Shown: in pieces, positions 41,048 to 57,092 of the stretch
Layout of the letters: the number at the start of each line of letters is the position of its first letter
Position numbering within the stretch: the first letter of the stretch is position 1
Assembly: GCF_009914755.1 (NCBI RefSeq)
Contig: NC_060931.1
Length of the DNA stretch: 64,000 nt
From: the human T2T-CHM13v2.0 reference genome, Homo sapiens
Direction: 5' to 3' (one strand)
Position numbers and translations under genes: made by a program
Notes under the pieces: generated by a model
What the model was told of the DNA's origin: nothing
Databases searched by the model: none
Seen by the model: only the letters and a program-made list of their open reading frames with translations

Positions 41048-44000
41048 ATGCTAACTAGCATCATTTCAAATTATAAACCCCTATGAAGTCTCCCTGATAA
41101 CTGACAATGAAGCCAGCATACGGAGACTTTTCCAGAGTCATGAGCTTGTGGGTGGCAGAACAAGGGCTGGGAGGCAGGCCTCCTGACTTTGTAGCCAGTA
41201 CTGGTGCCACCATGTCATGCTGACAGCTCAGCACCAATCCTTCTATACTCTCGTGTTTTCTCCTGTTTGTGATAAAGTATGTACATCTGTGTCATTGGAA
41301 GGCTTGGAGAAGAGTCCAAAGGTGCAAAACAAAGCAAATCTCCCCACGCCTGGCAGAATCTTCAGTCCTGGCCTAATGAGCTCACCAGCTCAGTAAGTTC
41401 TGCGACTGCTTCGGGTTACCAAAAGAATAGAGTATGTAACAGTGCTAGGAAAAGAGACACTTAAAAACCCACATCCAGGCATTGTTCAATGACTGCTCAT
41501 AAATACTTTATGGCAAAATTCTTTCTGGTGGCACAGAAGGCCATGAACAATCTGACACCTCCATTAGTCACCTCTGTTAGTCACCACTACGACTTCCTGA
41601 CCCATCTCTGGGTTTCACTTCAGTTTTTAGATCCCCAGCCCTAACATTTAAGCAAAACTTCATCGATAGTTCCTCTTCAAAAGTATTTCCAGAATAACTA
41701 TTAAAATCCCATGGACTAGTCAAGATAGTGAGATATGCTTTTGAGTGAACAGCCACCATTTCTTCCTTTTAGAGATTTATTTTTTAACTTAACAAAAAGC
41801 AAATCTAATGTGAAACTTAATGAAAATTGTTTCAAAAACTTGAAATGCAACTACAAAATAGCCCATTATTGCCTAAGCTTTCTACACTTAACTAGTTTTC
41901 TAAATCTATATTACATAGGCTAGAGAAATAACATATTGTTTTTATATGTACAATCCAAATCTAGTCTCTCCGAATTTTCTTTAAGGCCAACTATTTTAAT
42001 ATAGGCCAGTATTTTACTCTATTATTCAATCGCAAACCACGTTTCTTTCCTCACAGTAGTGCATTTTGACAAAATCAATCTTTTCATTCTTTTCAGCAAA
42101 TAATACAAAAATTGGGATTCATTCATGAGAAGTCAGTGAAAATAAAAATGATTTCAGATTTTCTTTACATTTGTATAATATCACTAGTAGAGGAGGAATG
42201 GCTTTCCAGACAACTTGTTAGGAAAAAAATATGAGTGGGAAATTACACTAAGCCTATATAAACAATTCCAAAGTAGAATTCTCTTTTCTCCTTGGTAAAT
42301 AAATGCTTGATTTTCATAATTCAACATATAATTTTAAACTAGGGCAACCAAACTTGTGACATGAAAAGAGGAATTTTATTGTTAAGTTACACTGGTATAC
42401 TGCAAAGTCATACCAAAAAAAAAGGAGCAAAATATATTTTTTAATAATCTTACACAAGAATGCTCAAGAATCTTCTACATGAGGTAACTACAGAAAAAAA
42501 GAACACTAGGTCAGCTGAAGGCTGAACTAAATTTGTTCCATAAAAGTTGGTGAGTTTCATTTTTCGCTTCTAAGGGGATAAAGGAAAAAGAATGTGCATT
42601 GTGTTTAAGAAAACCCAGAATACTGCCAAAAGTTTGCCACCCACTTTGGCATTCTGCCTTTATCCTGAAAGATAATTTCTTCTCCATTATAAACAGCCTG
42701 TGTGAGATGAACTGTCAACAAGAGGGAAGCTAGAGTGAGAAACAGAGAAAAAGAACAGCATCATGCAAGGAAAGTTATGAAACAAATTGACTCTTGATTC
42801 TCTCTTGGCTTGCCTTTCTTAATGCAAATAGAATTAAAAAGTCAAATAGCCCTAATGTTAGCCAGGTGAAGTGTGGTTAGAAATGGTTGACTGGAAATTC
42901 CCTTGCTTTCATCAAACAATTGTTATGTGAATATTGCATCAGCTTGGTCCTTTTGATGTTCCTACATGACTTAAGAAAACTTTGTATTTCCAATAGTGTA
43001 TTTCCAATGACAAAAACTCTGCTGTGTGATTTTAGAAAATCACTAAAATTACCAGTGCTTTTGCTAGATCTTTCACAGTTGCAAAAACAAATGTTTTTGA
43101 ACAAGGCTCTATTTTTCATGAAAATATTCAACTGAATGCAGGGAAAGTAAATGCAAAATATCTAGGGAAGGCACCAATCAAATCATGCAAGAAGAGATTT
43201 TTCTAGACTTCAAAGAAAAAGTATTCAGTGACTCCAAGGTGTGGGGCAAGGGAGGCAGGGGAGTGATGAATTTGTTTTCTTTGCATTGTTCCACTTCCTT
43301 GTTTGCTGTGTTGCACAAACTCTATTGAATATCAAGATTTGGCCTCTTATGAATAAGATACTTAATAGAGAAGAATGTCAGCTTTTTCAAGCCCATAAAT
43401 ACCTTTTAAATGTTCTTAGAATTTTACAATTGGATGAAAAAGCATCAAAAAACATAGTTTGTATAATTTTATCATTAAAAATATTTTCCATTATTATTCA
43501 AGGAGTTCATTGATGCTGAATACAAAATGCATTCACACTTTTCTATAATCTCAACCCAGATTCTTCTGGTCTAATCTACAATTTTATACCTCCCTAAAAA
43601 AGTCAATTTACTCACTTTCTTCCTAAAATGACTTTGACTCCATGGCCTTGTTCACATTGTTCACATTCTTCATTCACCAAGAATACTTTTCTCTCTTCTT
43701 TCCTGTTCAAAGTCTACCCATTCTTCAAGTGCAAGTCAGAGTTTACTTCCATATAGATTTTTATAGTCATCCCAGCCTGAAGGAACTCCTTTCTCTCCCT
43801 TTCGCTCTCATGGTATTTTTGTTGTATCATTCTTAAATAATGATAAATGTTTTATTCTATTATGAATTCATATTTCAATAAGTAACACATATTATCTAGC
43901 TATCCATATTGCAAACTTCTTAAAGGCAAGGACAATGGCTTATATTTCTTTTCATTCTGTGAGAGACGTAGCTTGCATTTAATAAACATTTATTATATAT

Positions 44001-44251
44001 CTGGATAATTATAAATATGAATATAGATATTAGTGTCACTATACTATGGCACTCAGTTTTAAAAAGAAACCTTCAACACACTAGCTTCAACCAAAGTCCA
44101 CACCAGACAAGAGCTGTTCAGTAATTAGAAAGACACTACAATTCTAAAACGATGTGCACTTACTACTACATAGCTGCAGAAAATGAGTTGCTACTTTTCA
44201 AAATGAACGGGATTGCTGAAGCAATAATCTAGATTATTTTAGCCAACAGTA

Positions 44252-44276
44252 ATATATATATATATATATATATATA
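44252..44276. repeat. (TA)n microsatellite
   Basis: Direct. Confidence 0.9.
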
Positions 44277-45404
44277 CTCCTACTTCAAGCTAGCTATCTA
44301 CAATGGTTAGATATATCACGTACTGCTATTTTGCTCTTAAAAGAGTTTGTTTGAACTGAAGCATAGTCAGCACAAATTACTTCTGGGAAACCATTTCTGA
44401 GAGAATTTGGCTCTTTACATCTTTGGCCAGAATTCCTTGAGTTTTGGCTTCCAGTCTGTATTTTGCTTTCCTGGTAGAAATGTGTACTCCTAGTATCTTG
44501 CTGGCAAGGATGCCTCTGCCAAAAGGAAATACACACTACTTTATTCATGAAAGGACGGGAACACTCTCAGGTAGACTATTGGCATGTAGTCTAAGTGAAA
44601 TGAGCCCACCCATCATTACAACCTTACCAAATATGTAAGACACTTCCAAGTATTGTGGATAAACACTCCTAGGTGTTGTGCATATACAAAATCATCCAGA
44701 AGTTACCCTAGAAAGGATGGCAATACAAAGTAGTATGCATGTTCCAAGAGAATAATAATAAGTGTCATAAATAATTACAGAAGGTAGAGTTTTTTTGAGT
44801 TTGGAAAGCTCAGGAAAGGTTTCAAAAGGAAACGGATCTAACCAATGGATCATTTAGTAAAGATGGACGATTTAGTAGAGTCCCACAAGAGTCAGGACTA
44901 AAAATGACATATTCTAGGCCAATAGGATAGAAAAAGAGGGCTAACATAGAGGCATAATAAGTAAAATAAGGTAGGCAATTTGGAAATACACTAGAGAAAA
45001 GCTTTAAGATTCTGTATTTTATACTATAGACAATGGAGATTTTTGAGTTTTCAAGCACCAGCAAAATAGTGTTTTAATACCAAATTGAGATATAATTGTC
45101 AGTTTTTTAAAAAAAAAGTTTTCTAAAAATAAAATAAAATCACTAAAATAATTTTGAAGAAAAAGATAAATTGAAAAAGATCTTTTGGATTGTTTTCAAA
45201 AAGATAGAAAACATGCTTTTGGAATAGAAATAACGCATAGCTTGGAATGGAATTAATGAAGCTCAAAGTCAGATCATGAGTAGGAAGTATAGAATTCAAG
45301 CACTTTAGAGGCTGGACCATGAAAGGTAACATTATAACTAAAATAATTCAGCACTTTTATTCACATTTAGTGCTTTTTTCCTGATTATAAAATAACCCAG
45401 ATAT

Positions 45405-46728
45405 ATGGATAGGAAGAATCAATGTCATGAAAATGGCCATACTGCCCAAGGTAATTTATAGATTCAATGCCATCCCCATCAAGCTACAAATGACTTTCTT
45501 CACAGAATTGGAAAAAACTACTTTAAACTTCATATGGAACCAAAAAAGAGCCCGCATTGCCAAGACAATCCTAAGCCAAAAGAACAAAGCTGGAGGCATC
45601 ACGCTACCTGACTTCAAACTATACTACAAGGCTACAGTAACCAAAACAGCATGGTACTGTACCAAAACAGAGATATAGACCAAAGGAACAGAACAGAGCC
45701 CTCAGAAATAATACCACACATCTACAACCATCTGATCTTTGACAAACCTGATAAAAACAAGAAATGGGGAAAGGATTCCCTATTTAATAAATGGTGCTAG
45801 GGAAACTGGCTAGCCATATGTAGAAAGCTGAAACTGGATCCCTTCCTTAAACCTTGTAGAAAAATTAATTCAAGATGGATTAAAGACTTAAATGTTAATC
45901 CTAAAACCATAAAAACCCTAGAAGAAAACCTAGGAATACCATTCAGGACATAGGCATGGGCAAGGACTTCATGTCTAAAACACCAAAAGCAATGGCAACA
46001 AAAGCCAAAATTGACAAATCGGATCTAATTAAACTAAAGAGCTTCCGCACAGCAAAAGAAACTACCATCAGAGTGAACAGGCAACCTACAGAATGGGAGA
46101 AAATTTTTGCCATCTACTCATTTGACAAAGGGCTGATATCCAGAATCTACAAAGAACTCAAACAAATTTACAAGAAAAAAACAACCCCATCAAAAAGTGG
46201 TCAAAGGATATCAACAGACGCTTCTCAAAAAAAGACATTTATGCAGCCAACAGACACATGAAAAAATGCTCATGATCACTGGCCATCAGAGAAATGCAAA
46301 TCAAAACCACAATGAGATACCATCTCACATCAGTTAGAATGTGGATCACTAAAAAGTCAGGAAACAACAAGTGCTGGAGATGATGTGGAGAAATAGGAAC
46401 ACTTTTACACTGTTGGTGGGACTGTAAACTAGTTCAACCATTGTGGAAGACAGTGTGGCAATTCCTCAAGGATCTAGAACTAGAAATACCATTTGACCCA
46501 GCTATCCCATTACTGGGTATATACCCAAAGGATTATAAATCATGCTGCTATAAAGACACATGCACATGTATGTTCATTGCGACACTATTCACAATAGCAA
46601 AGACTTGGAACCAACCCAAATATCCATCGATGATAGACTGGATTAAGAAAATGTGGCATATATACACCATGGAATACTATGCAGCCATAAAAAAGGATGA
46701 GTTCATATCCTTTGTAGGGACATGGATG
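45405..46728 (+). mobile_element. Young L1PA internal ORF2 fragment, no poly(A)
   Basis: ORFs 45427, 45956 and 46441 are near-consensus ORF2 C-terminal peptides ([18 protein letters not shown]..., IWHIYTMEYYAAIK-like); similarity stops abruptly at 'gacatggatg'. Confidence 0.93.
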
Positions 46729-48103
46729 CTTCATCCTACTCTTCACCAGTTAGAGTAGTTCCCTTAAGTACATAAGCAAACAGCTACTTGCATCACAAAT
46801 TATTGTAATTGTAACAAAGTAATCTACATTCCTAATGACGCTGCATCATGAAGAAAACATAAAATTAAATAGCACTCAATCTATTTAAGAGATCTTAAAG
46901 AAATAATTATCATGAATAATTTTTAAAAACTATTGGACAATTATCTAAATAATTCCATAATTATTCTGAATAAATGATAAGCTGTGATCATCCTAATTAG
47001 CTTGGGAAAGGTTTTATATTAGAATAACATTCAAAAGCTGAAAAAATATGAAAAATTAAGGTAATAATAAAGTAACATAAAATAAATTAAAAGTTGCAAT
47101 TACATTAAAAATCACTGTGGCCATAATTATGACCTGTAGACACATCTGGAATACAAGAACACAGGCACAGAAGTCACTTAACAAATTTTTCTTTTTATGA
47201 GTGATCAGCAATGAGTATTTTAACAGGTTTTAACACTACATTCAAACATTATCACACTTAAAAAGAGGGCTTATTATTGTATCAAAATATCTTTTTGGCA
47301 AAAAGTTAAAGCATAAGTTGAAATGTGATGAGTACAAAATGATTGGGGGTATAATAAAATCATTATTCATCTTAATGCTTCATTCCAGCTAGCAATCCAA
47401 GTTAGCAAAAGTCACAGGAAAAACAAGGATTTTAAAAGTTGAGTATAAGATGAGAAATACTAACAACTATTTTTGGCACCTGTTTAATGCTTTGTGGCTC
47501 TATACATTTCTTAACTTTTCCTGCTTAGACTCTCTCTTTCAGTGAGTCTTTATTCTAGTATTCATCCTTTCCCAATCCAGTCTATGTGCTCTGAAGGAAA
47601 GTTACCTCTTCCCTAGCCATAGGGGTGGACTCTGGATCAAACCATATCTGAAGCTTCCTCATCACTGGATCTTTCAATTATGAAACTAATACACTTCTTT
47701 TACTGGTCAAGTCATTTGGAATTAAATTTTATTTCATTAGAAAATTAAATTATATCATATATAATGTGTATGAAATATGTATACACAATTAAAATAATAA
47801 TAATAAAATGAACACTCATGTACCAGACACCCAGCTTAAGAAATAAAACAGTGTTCAGAGCTCCCCTAAGTGCCCTGCCTTATTATAACTGGCTTCCCAT
47901 CCCAACCCTGAGAGGTACACACCATCCTGAACTTTTGGTTTATGATATATAACAAATATCTTTTCACAATGTGACTAACCTTTTTCAGTTCCTCTATGGT
48001 TTCCATTCATTATAGAGAGTTTTTAATTTTAATGTCAAATGGATACATTTTTTCCTCTGCTAGTTCATATTACTATATGTGTCTTATTTAATAGACCTAT
48101 CCT

Positions 48104-48211
48104 GGCTAGGTACAGTGGCTCATGCCTGTAATCCCAGCACTATGAGAGGCCCAAGTGAGAGGATCACTTGAGCCCAGGAGTTCCAGGCTGCAGGAAGCCA
48201 TGATTGTGCCA
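48104..48211 (+). mobile_element. FLAM / AluJ fragment
   Basis: 'ggctaggtacagtggctcatgcctgtaatcccagcac...gagcccaggagttccaggctgc'. Confidence 0.85.
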
Positions 48212-48223
48212 TTTGAAAATATT

Positions 48224-48233
48224 ATAGATAGAT

Positions 48234-48285
<52 letters not shown>

Positions 48286-48302
48286 TAGATAGATAAATAG
48301 AT
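48224..48302 (+). repeat. (GATA)n tetranucleotide STR
   Basis: Long tagatagata run, likely length-polymorphic. Confidence 0.95.
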
Positions 48303-48425
48303 ATTTTTCTATGTTTTCAAGTTTTCCTTTTCATAATAAGTATTTTATTTTATTAGAATTGATTTTTGTGGGGTAAAGTACAATTTCACATTTTTCATAA
48401 AATTATTTTTCACAAAGTAACATAA

Positions 48426-48958
48426 TGTAACCAAACTCAGGTTTGGCTGGTAGCTGCCTGAAAAGCCAAGTGCACAAGAGGCAAGGTGTGGTGGAAGGAA
48501 AGCAGCTTTATTCAAATGCCAGCAGTTGCAGAAATGGCTGGGCTCAAGCTGCAAAGAAACCATCTCAAATTTTTAAGCTAAGTGAAGGAGTTTACGAGGG
48601 GAAACACATGGGAATGGGAGTAGTGCAGGGTGCAGGCCTGCATGTGTTGTTCCCATGGTTATCTTGAGCTATTGCCCATCTGGGTGTGGCTGGCCCCATC
48701 TAGGTTACCAGATGAGTTGTAAATTAACCACCTAAAGAGGAAGAAGTCTGCAGCTAGGTCTCCATATCTGGTTTGTTTTGAGATTAGCTGGTGGAGTTTC
48801 TAAGGAAGCCTATAGTCAGAGAAACATGCACGGTGCAAGGAAGTTTCTACTGGGAAAGAGGGAGAAGCAAAGAGCTTCAAAGTACATTTCAAAGCTATAT
48901 TCTGAGATTGGAGAAATAAAATCTAAAATGCTTTTTAAACCTAAGATACTCAGTTACA
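48426..48958 (-). mobile_element. ERV1 solo LTR (~530 bp; subfamily uncertain)
   Basis: TGTAAC...GTTACA inverted termini; minus-strand AATAAA (tttatt ~48507). Confidence 0.75.
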
Positions 48959-49044
48959 AAAAACAATAGTTCTTCCTTCCTGCTGACATACAAGGCCTGC
49001 TCTGTCATAAATCAAGTTTTTTTTTCCTCTATGCCTGCACCAGT

Positions 49045-49627
49045 TTTTTTTTAATTGAGGAAAAAAATATATATATAATTCACCATATTTACCATTTTAA
49101 AGCTTGCAGTTCAGTGGTAATAATACATTCATATTTGTTATTTTCCCTCTTCATCCCCTACACCCTCTTCTTAACCTCTGGTAACCCACAGTCTACTGTC
49201 TATCTTCATGAAATTCACATGTTTAGTGCCCACATACGAGTGAGAATGTGAGATATTTGTATTTTACTTAATGTAATGGCCTCTAGTTCTATCCATGTTG
49301 ATGCAAATAACAGGAGTTCATTCCTTTTTATGGCTGAATAATATTCCATAATGTATATATAACACATTTCTTTATCCATTTATACATTAATGGACATTTA
49401 GGCTGATTCCATATTTTGGCTATTGTAAATGGGGCAGCAAAAAAACAGGGAAGTGTAGCTATCTCTTTTATACATTGATGTCCTTTCTTTTGGATATATA
49501 CCCAGTAGTGGGATTGCTGGATCATATGGTAAGTCTATTTTTAGTTTTCTGAGGAACCTCCACGCTGTTCTCCATAGCGGCTATACTAATTTGCATCCCC
49601 ACCAAGAGTGTATGAGGGTTCCCCTTT
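49045..49627 (-). mobile_element. L1MA 3' end (antisense)
   Basis: 'ggctgaataatattccat', 'cccagtagtgggattgctggatcatatggta'; poly-T at the left end. Confidence 0.85.
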
Positions 49628-51399
49628 CCCCACATTCTTGCCAGCATGTTATTGTGCCTGGGTCAATTTTAATGCTACCTATTCTGTTCCCTTAGTCTGT
49701 CTAACCCTATAATATAGAATTTTGTAGCTATATAATTATCCTCGGTATCTAGGAGGGCAAATCATACTATATTGCTCTTCTTCTCTGGGAATTTTGTGAC
49801 TATTCTTACCTCTTGCTCATCCATATTGATTTTTGAATTAATGCATCTAGTGCCAGAAAAAATCTTGATGGGATTTTGACAGAAACTGAATTGTTAGATA
49901 TATTTGGAAAGAGCAGCATTTTCACAATACTGAGTCTTTGTACCCAAGATTATGAACGATCTTTGGATATTCTTTAATGTCTTTTTCCATACGGTTTATA
50001 CTTTTCTCCATGAAGTGCTTACATATCTTTTGTTAGATCTATTAATGGATACTTGGTATTTTCAATTGCCATAATAAATGGTATTTTTCTTAATTGCATT
50101 ATTAAACTGCTCATAGCTGATGTATTGACATGCAATAATTTATTTATGTTAATGTTTTAAATTGAGCAATCTTGTTAAACTCTCTTATTAAATCTCATAA
50201 TTTTTCTGTGGACCCTTGGGTTTTCTATGTAAGGTCATTTCATTTATGAATGACAATTTCTCCCCCTCCTTTTCAATCATTATACTTCATTTCTTTTTCT
50301 TTCCTCACTGCAGAAGCCAGGACTACAAGTACAATGTTGAACAGTGAGGTGATAGAGAGCGTCCTTGCCCTGTTTCTTATTTAAGAACATGCATTCAACA
50401 TTACCTCAGGGAGTGTCATAAATCCTTACGGGGTGCTGAAGGGGGATGGTCTTTCTTCTGTACCATCTTCCTGCTGGCTTTCAGTGGTGACCCTGCCTAA
50501 CAGGGGACCTCATATGGGCAAGATGATTGGTGGTAGCCAATTTTAAAAGAAGACAACAAGCTTTTGAGCCAGGTTGTCCGGCTCCAGCTTATTCCCTTAG
50601 CCTGTCAATGCAGTTAGAACCAGAGGAACAAAGTTACAGGAGCTGACCAAAAAGCTGAAGGAAAGAGTTATTTCTTGGTCCTTCTCAAGGGGAGGAAAAA
50701 AAATACTGAAAGCAGTGACACACAGCAAAAGTTTAATTTTTGAGATATGATTCTGAGAAATTTTTTTAAAAGAAACAGGTCATAAAATTAAAAGTAAAAT
50801 ATTTTGCAATTTTAGTGAGAGAAAAACAATACTTTAAGAAAACTTTATTTTAATATACGGGACCAATCTTAGAAGATTATTATAAATAATCTCTTTTTAA
50901 TAATAACCAACTTAATCACCTACAAAATTCCTTTTATAAAGTCCACTTCATGAACCTTATGATGACTTGCACAGACCATCTATGATATGCTTGGAGTTTC
51001 TGACTTGTCCTAAACTTTTCTCTTTCTTAAATAATCAGTCATTTTACTTTAGGACAAAAGTTTACCATAGAAGATGCTTTTTTATATAAAATTATTCTCT
51101 TTTTTAATCTTCCTTACCAAAAAATACATCTTCATATCTATATCTTTCTTCAGGTCTCTCTTTTTCCTACTTACTGATTCCTTTCTAGCTTACCTCATAA
51201 TTAACATTTTTAGTCCATAGTTTGAGTTGACCTTTAGATAACCTCTGAATTACATAAAATTATTATTTTCTTTTTTAATAAGACTAGAAACTGGGAGACA
51301 TCTGGCCTCCAATGCTTCCCAGAGTGATGCAGAATTAAACAACCCAAAGAACAAAAATCATTAAGAGCAGAAAGAAAATTGTAAGTGTAAAGTTCAGGG

Positions 51400-51760
51400 C
51401 ATGCAAGCATAGGGCAATGTGCATCAGAAGCTGCTGCCACAATAGCACACAGGACTCTCTATTTTACTGGCATGTTGCAAATAGGCCTAGTTTCCACACA
51501 GGAAAGAGTGTGCTATTCCCACCAGGGATATCCCTGTGGTAGGTACTTGTAGAACTACATGAGGTTTATTGGTGTTTATCCCAGATTTATTAGCTGGTAT
51601 GCTTGCATCCCACTCTCCCCAAGGGTCAAAGTTCTTAGGCCTCATAGCTGAATAACAGTCATCAGCACAAAAGGGGTTACAGTCTTCATCAGCACTGTAA
51701 TGGGAGTGATTAGATTGACATAACATATTTTGGAATATTAAAGTAATAATATTCCATTTT
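51400..51760 (-). pseudogene. Probable env SU remnant
   Basis: Minus strand ...FLCGN*AYL...ESCVL resembles the gamma-type env FLCGxxAYxxLPxNWxGxC segment. Confidence 0.55.
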
Positions 51761-51849
51761 ATCAAGAATTCCAGTTTTGGCCCCTAGACCCCCTGCTTCC
51801 TTTCCTCTTCTGAAACTGTTAACTGGGTCTTGAATTATAGCTGCACCCC

Positions 51850-52200
51850 TATTTTGACCATAATACCATTCCTAGCAGGGAAACTGGGCAACTTGGCACT
51901 ACCAGAAATTCTTGTTGAAATATTTGGGTTCTTTGTTTTAAATTGACAAGTCAGAGAAGGAGTAAAAAATCTAGTTTGTGGCTTTTCTTCCATTCTGATA
52001 ACACTTATAGACCGAGAGGAAACTTTTCCTGCATGAGCAGTAAGGACATAGTAGTTTGCCCCTGTATCAAAAAGAAACTGAATTTGGATGCCCATGCTGT
52101 CCAGAGTTACCTGGGGTTCCTCAATGGTAATTATGATATTCCTGGACCAAGGGTGGTGAGGGAGACCCTGGGCCCCTTCAGTCTTCATCCAGTTCCTCCC
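51850..52200 (-). pseudogene. ERV aspartyl protease remnant
   Basis: ORF 51835..52212: ITIEEPQVTLD...FLFDTGANYYVL (DTG active site). Confidence 0.9.
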
Positions 52201-52229
52201 TTTGCATTGCAAGAGTTTTGACTGGCCAA

Positions 52230-53133
52230 GCCCCTAGATGGGAGTAGGGCAGTCAATCCTCTAGTGCCAGAGATCATGACTGGTATCTTTGCACTGATGG
52301 CAGGGGCCTGGTGGGAGTCTGATACAATCCTTCATCCAATGTCCATTCTTTTTGCACTTGAAGCAAGGGTTACTACATTTGGGCCCTCACAGGTTTCCCT
52401 TTGACATCTTTTGGGCCTTTAGGGCATTGCCAATGACAGCAGCCATAATTTTAGCTTGTCATTTATTTTCCCTCCCTTTCTCTAGGTCACAATTGTTGTA
52501 TACCATAAAAGCAGTATCCAGAAGCTGTGTCTGAGGCCCTATTTCCAACTTTAGAAACTTGCATCTAATATTAAGGGCAGACTGGCTTATGAAGTGCTGA
52601 GCTATAAGCGCTTTCCCTTGTTAAGAGGCTGGGTCTAGGTTAGTGTACAGTTAGTTTAACCAGCTGTAAAACATAGCCGGGATTTTTCTCCTTTTCCTGG
52701 GTGACTTCCCTCAGTTATTCCTTTTCTCATTCTTCCATGAAAGGTCAAAACCCAAAGACAAGGTTTGAAAACCATTTGCAAACTTCCTAGGATTTTCAGA
52801 GTAACTCTCTAGTTTTTCTTTACATTGCTGTGTATCTGTTACCAAAAAAGGGGCTTGGACTAGCATTGGGCACACTGGCCCTGCCACCTCTCTGAGAGTA
52901 AATAGGCTTGGGGGGTGGTGTATGGGGTACCTTTTCTATTGTGCAGAGGACTCAGCAGGATTTCTGTTGACTCTTGTGGTTTTTCTTCCAGTGTGCTAGG
53001 TGAAGAGTTACATGGAGGCAGCTGTGGTTCCCTCTGAGAGACTGGTGACCCCTGTAGCAGAGAATTATTTATGATGTCTACACCTGTCTTGGAACTCTCC
53101 TTTTGAGTACCTTTTCTTGAAACTTTGCATATA
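52230..53133 (-). pseudogene. ERV gag remnant (late MA, CA, NC)
   Basis: CCHC knuckle [14 protein letters not shown] at 52324-52365 (minus) and a degenerate second knuckle; capsid-like AQHFISQSALNIRCKFLKL. Confidence 0.85.
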
Positions 53134-54838
<1,705 letters not shown>

Positions 54839-55785
54839 TGGGATTGAACCGTCCCCCAGTGATTGAGGATGCAGCCAAGGGGGAAGTCGGGTGAGATTGA
54901 AACTGAGTTTCTTGTCTTCTGTCTGTAGAGAACAAGGAAAACTTGAAATTTAGAGCATTCTGGCCTAGGGCCACACACTGGGGCGTCCCCCATTGAAGGG
55001 CCTATGCTGGGGTTGAGGGCCAAGAGGGCATCCCCTGCTTGGGCCTCTTCATGACATGCCACATGTCTCTGGCCTTAGATGGGCATCAGCACCACTTGAA
55101 GAAGGATTCCGCCATATTTGGTGACCTATGATTAAGTTTCCCTTTAGTCCCCAGGTGCTGCCCTCAGCTTTTGGCATCTCTGTAGCTGGCCAAAATAGTT
55201 TTCTTCCCCAAATGGTTTCCTTAACTATTGTGGTAACTGTAGTTTGAAGGGCAAGGAATTGCAGACTCCCTAGCTTGAATTTGTTAAAGATTGGCCTCTC
55301 GATAAGGGAAGAGAATGCCCTCTGACCAGATAAACTACATGCAGTGATTTCCCCATGGATCCGCTGCACAACTTAGGCAATGATCCGAGAGTCTCCACCA
55401 GGATTTTTCTCTTAGCACCAGGTCTGCTAAACTAAAACGATCCAGATCTGGTCCCTCACAAAAGAAGCAGGGTTTTTTTCCTTATTTAGCTATTGCCTGG
55501 GTCCTTTGGGTCGGGGTACAGTAATTTCTTGTTTCAACATTACGAAAACAAAAATCAGAATGTTATGTCTTGCCACACACACAAATACCTCACAGGCACA
55601 GGGATTTGTCTTGTGCCTGGTGAAGCCTAATTGCTCCGTTCCCCACCAGTTTATCCTGTCCGTGTCTTCCAGCAGGGGGGCACCCTAGTGGCTCTTAACT
55701 ACCCATCTTGTGCCCCCGAAGAGTGCCATCAGAGGAAAGAATCAGAAAGCAAAACCAAAAATAAAAATCCCAAATTGGCGCTTAC

Positions 55786-55803
55786 CTCCTGGCTGGCTTA
55801 CCA
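55786..55803 (-). other. Primer-binding site for tRNA-Arg
   Basis: Plus strand CTCCTGGCTGGCTTACCA vs 3' end of tRNA-Arg(ACG) CTCCTGGCTGGCTCGCCA (16/18, both changes in one CpG); next to the LTR end and followed on the minus strand by a GAG|GTAAG donor. Confidence 0.85.
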
Positions 55804-56086
55804 AAAATACTACGTTACCAGCTGATGTTGCAAAGTCCCAGGTTCTTCACTGAGCAAAGAACTGGACATGACACACAAATAGCAAAGCAGCAAAAGATTT
55901 ATTAAGCACAGTACAATTTGCAATGGACTGGGCTGACCCACAAGTGGTATCAGCCCCGATTTGTAACATTTCATGGCCTTTTATTATGTTTTTTTACTCT
56001 AACTTACTCAACTTTATTTTTTTGTGACCAATTGCTCATCCTTGCCTTTCCCTTATTGCACCTTAACCTTACTTTATCTCTTGTAG

Positions 56087-56500
<414 letters not shown>

Positions 56501-56794
56501 TAAGCTAGCCTACATCCAACAGTTCCCCCTTCGCCCCCAGCTTCCTCTGCTATTCACCTACCTCAACAGTGATATACTTACATCGTATTTCTTTTCATTG
56601 ATATTGGCCTGGTATCTCTTTTGAATCTGTAATTTTTAGTTGTTCTGTGCTCTTGAGCTTTATGCTTAACTTTTATAAATAGCATATATATGTATTTGTT
56701 TTAACCTAATCTGAAAATTCTCTCTTTTAACTGAATAGCTTATTCCATTCATATTTCTGGTGATTACTGATACATTTGGATTATTGCCACCTTC

Positions 56795-57092
56795 TTTTTC
56801 TTTTTTTAGAGAGATAGGGTCTCTTCTGCCACCCCGCCTGGAGTGCAGTGGCACCATCATAGCTCACTGTAACCTTGAACTCCTAGGCTCAAGCAATCCT
56901 CCTGCTTCAGCCGCCTGAGCAGCTAGGACTACAGTTGCATGCCACCATACCCAGCTAATTTTTTATTTTTTGTAGAGACGAGGGGGCCTTGCTATGTTGC
57001 CCAGGCTGGTCTCAAACTCCTGGCTTCAAATAATCCCCCATCTTGGCTACCCAAAGCACTGGGTTTACAAACATGAGCTACTGTGCACAGCC
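56795..57092 (-). mobile_element. AluJ
   Basis: 'catcatagctcactgtaaccttgaactcctaggctcaagcaatcc'; TSD ~ccaccttctt. Confidence 0.9.

Larger units (their letters stand above)
47700..50400 (-). mobile_element. Old L1ME-type antisense fragments with nested elements
   Basis: T-rich decayed ORF2 ('caggactacaagtacaatgttgaacag', 'gggattttgacagaaactgaattg'). Confidence 0.6.

Noticed and set aside
44029-44041. ATTAGTGTCACTA match to Y4 RNA
   Set aside because: Only 13 nt, and the flanks do not extend the match.
55786-55803. tRNA-Arg-like sequence as a tRNA gene
   Set aside because: Only the 3' 18 nt including CCA match, next to an LTR: a primer-binding site.
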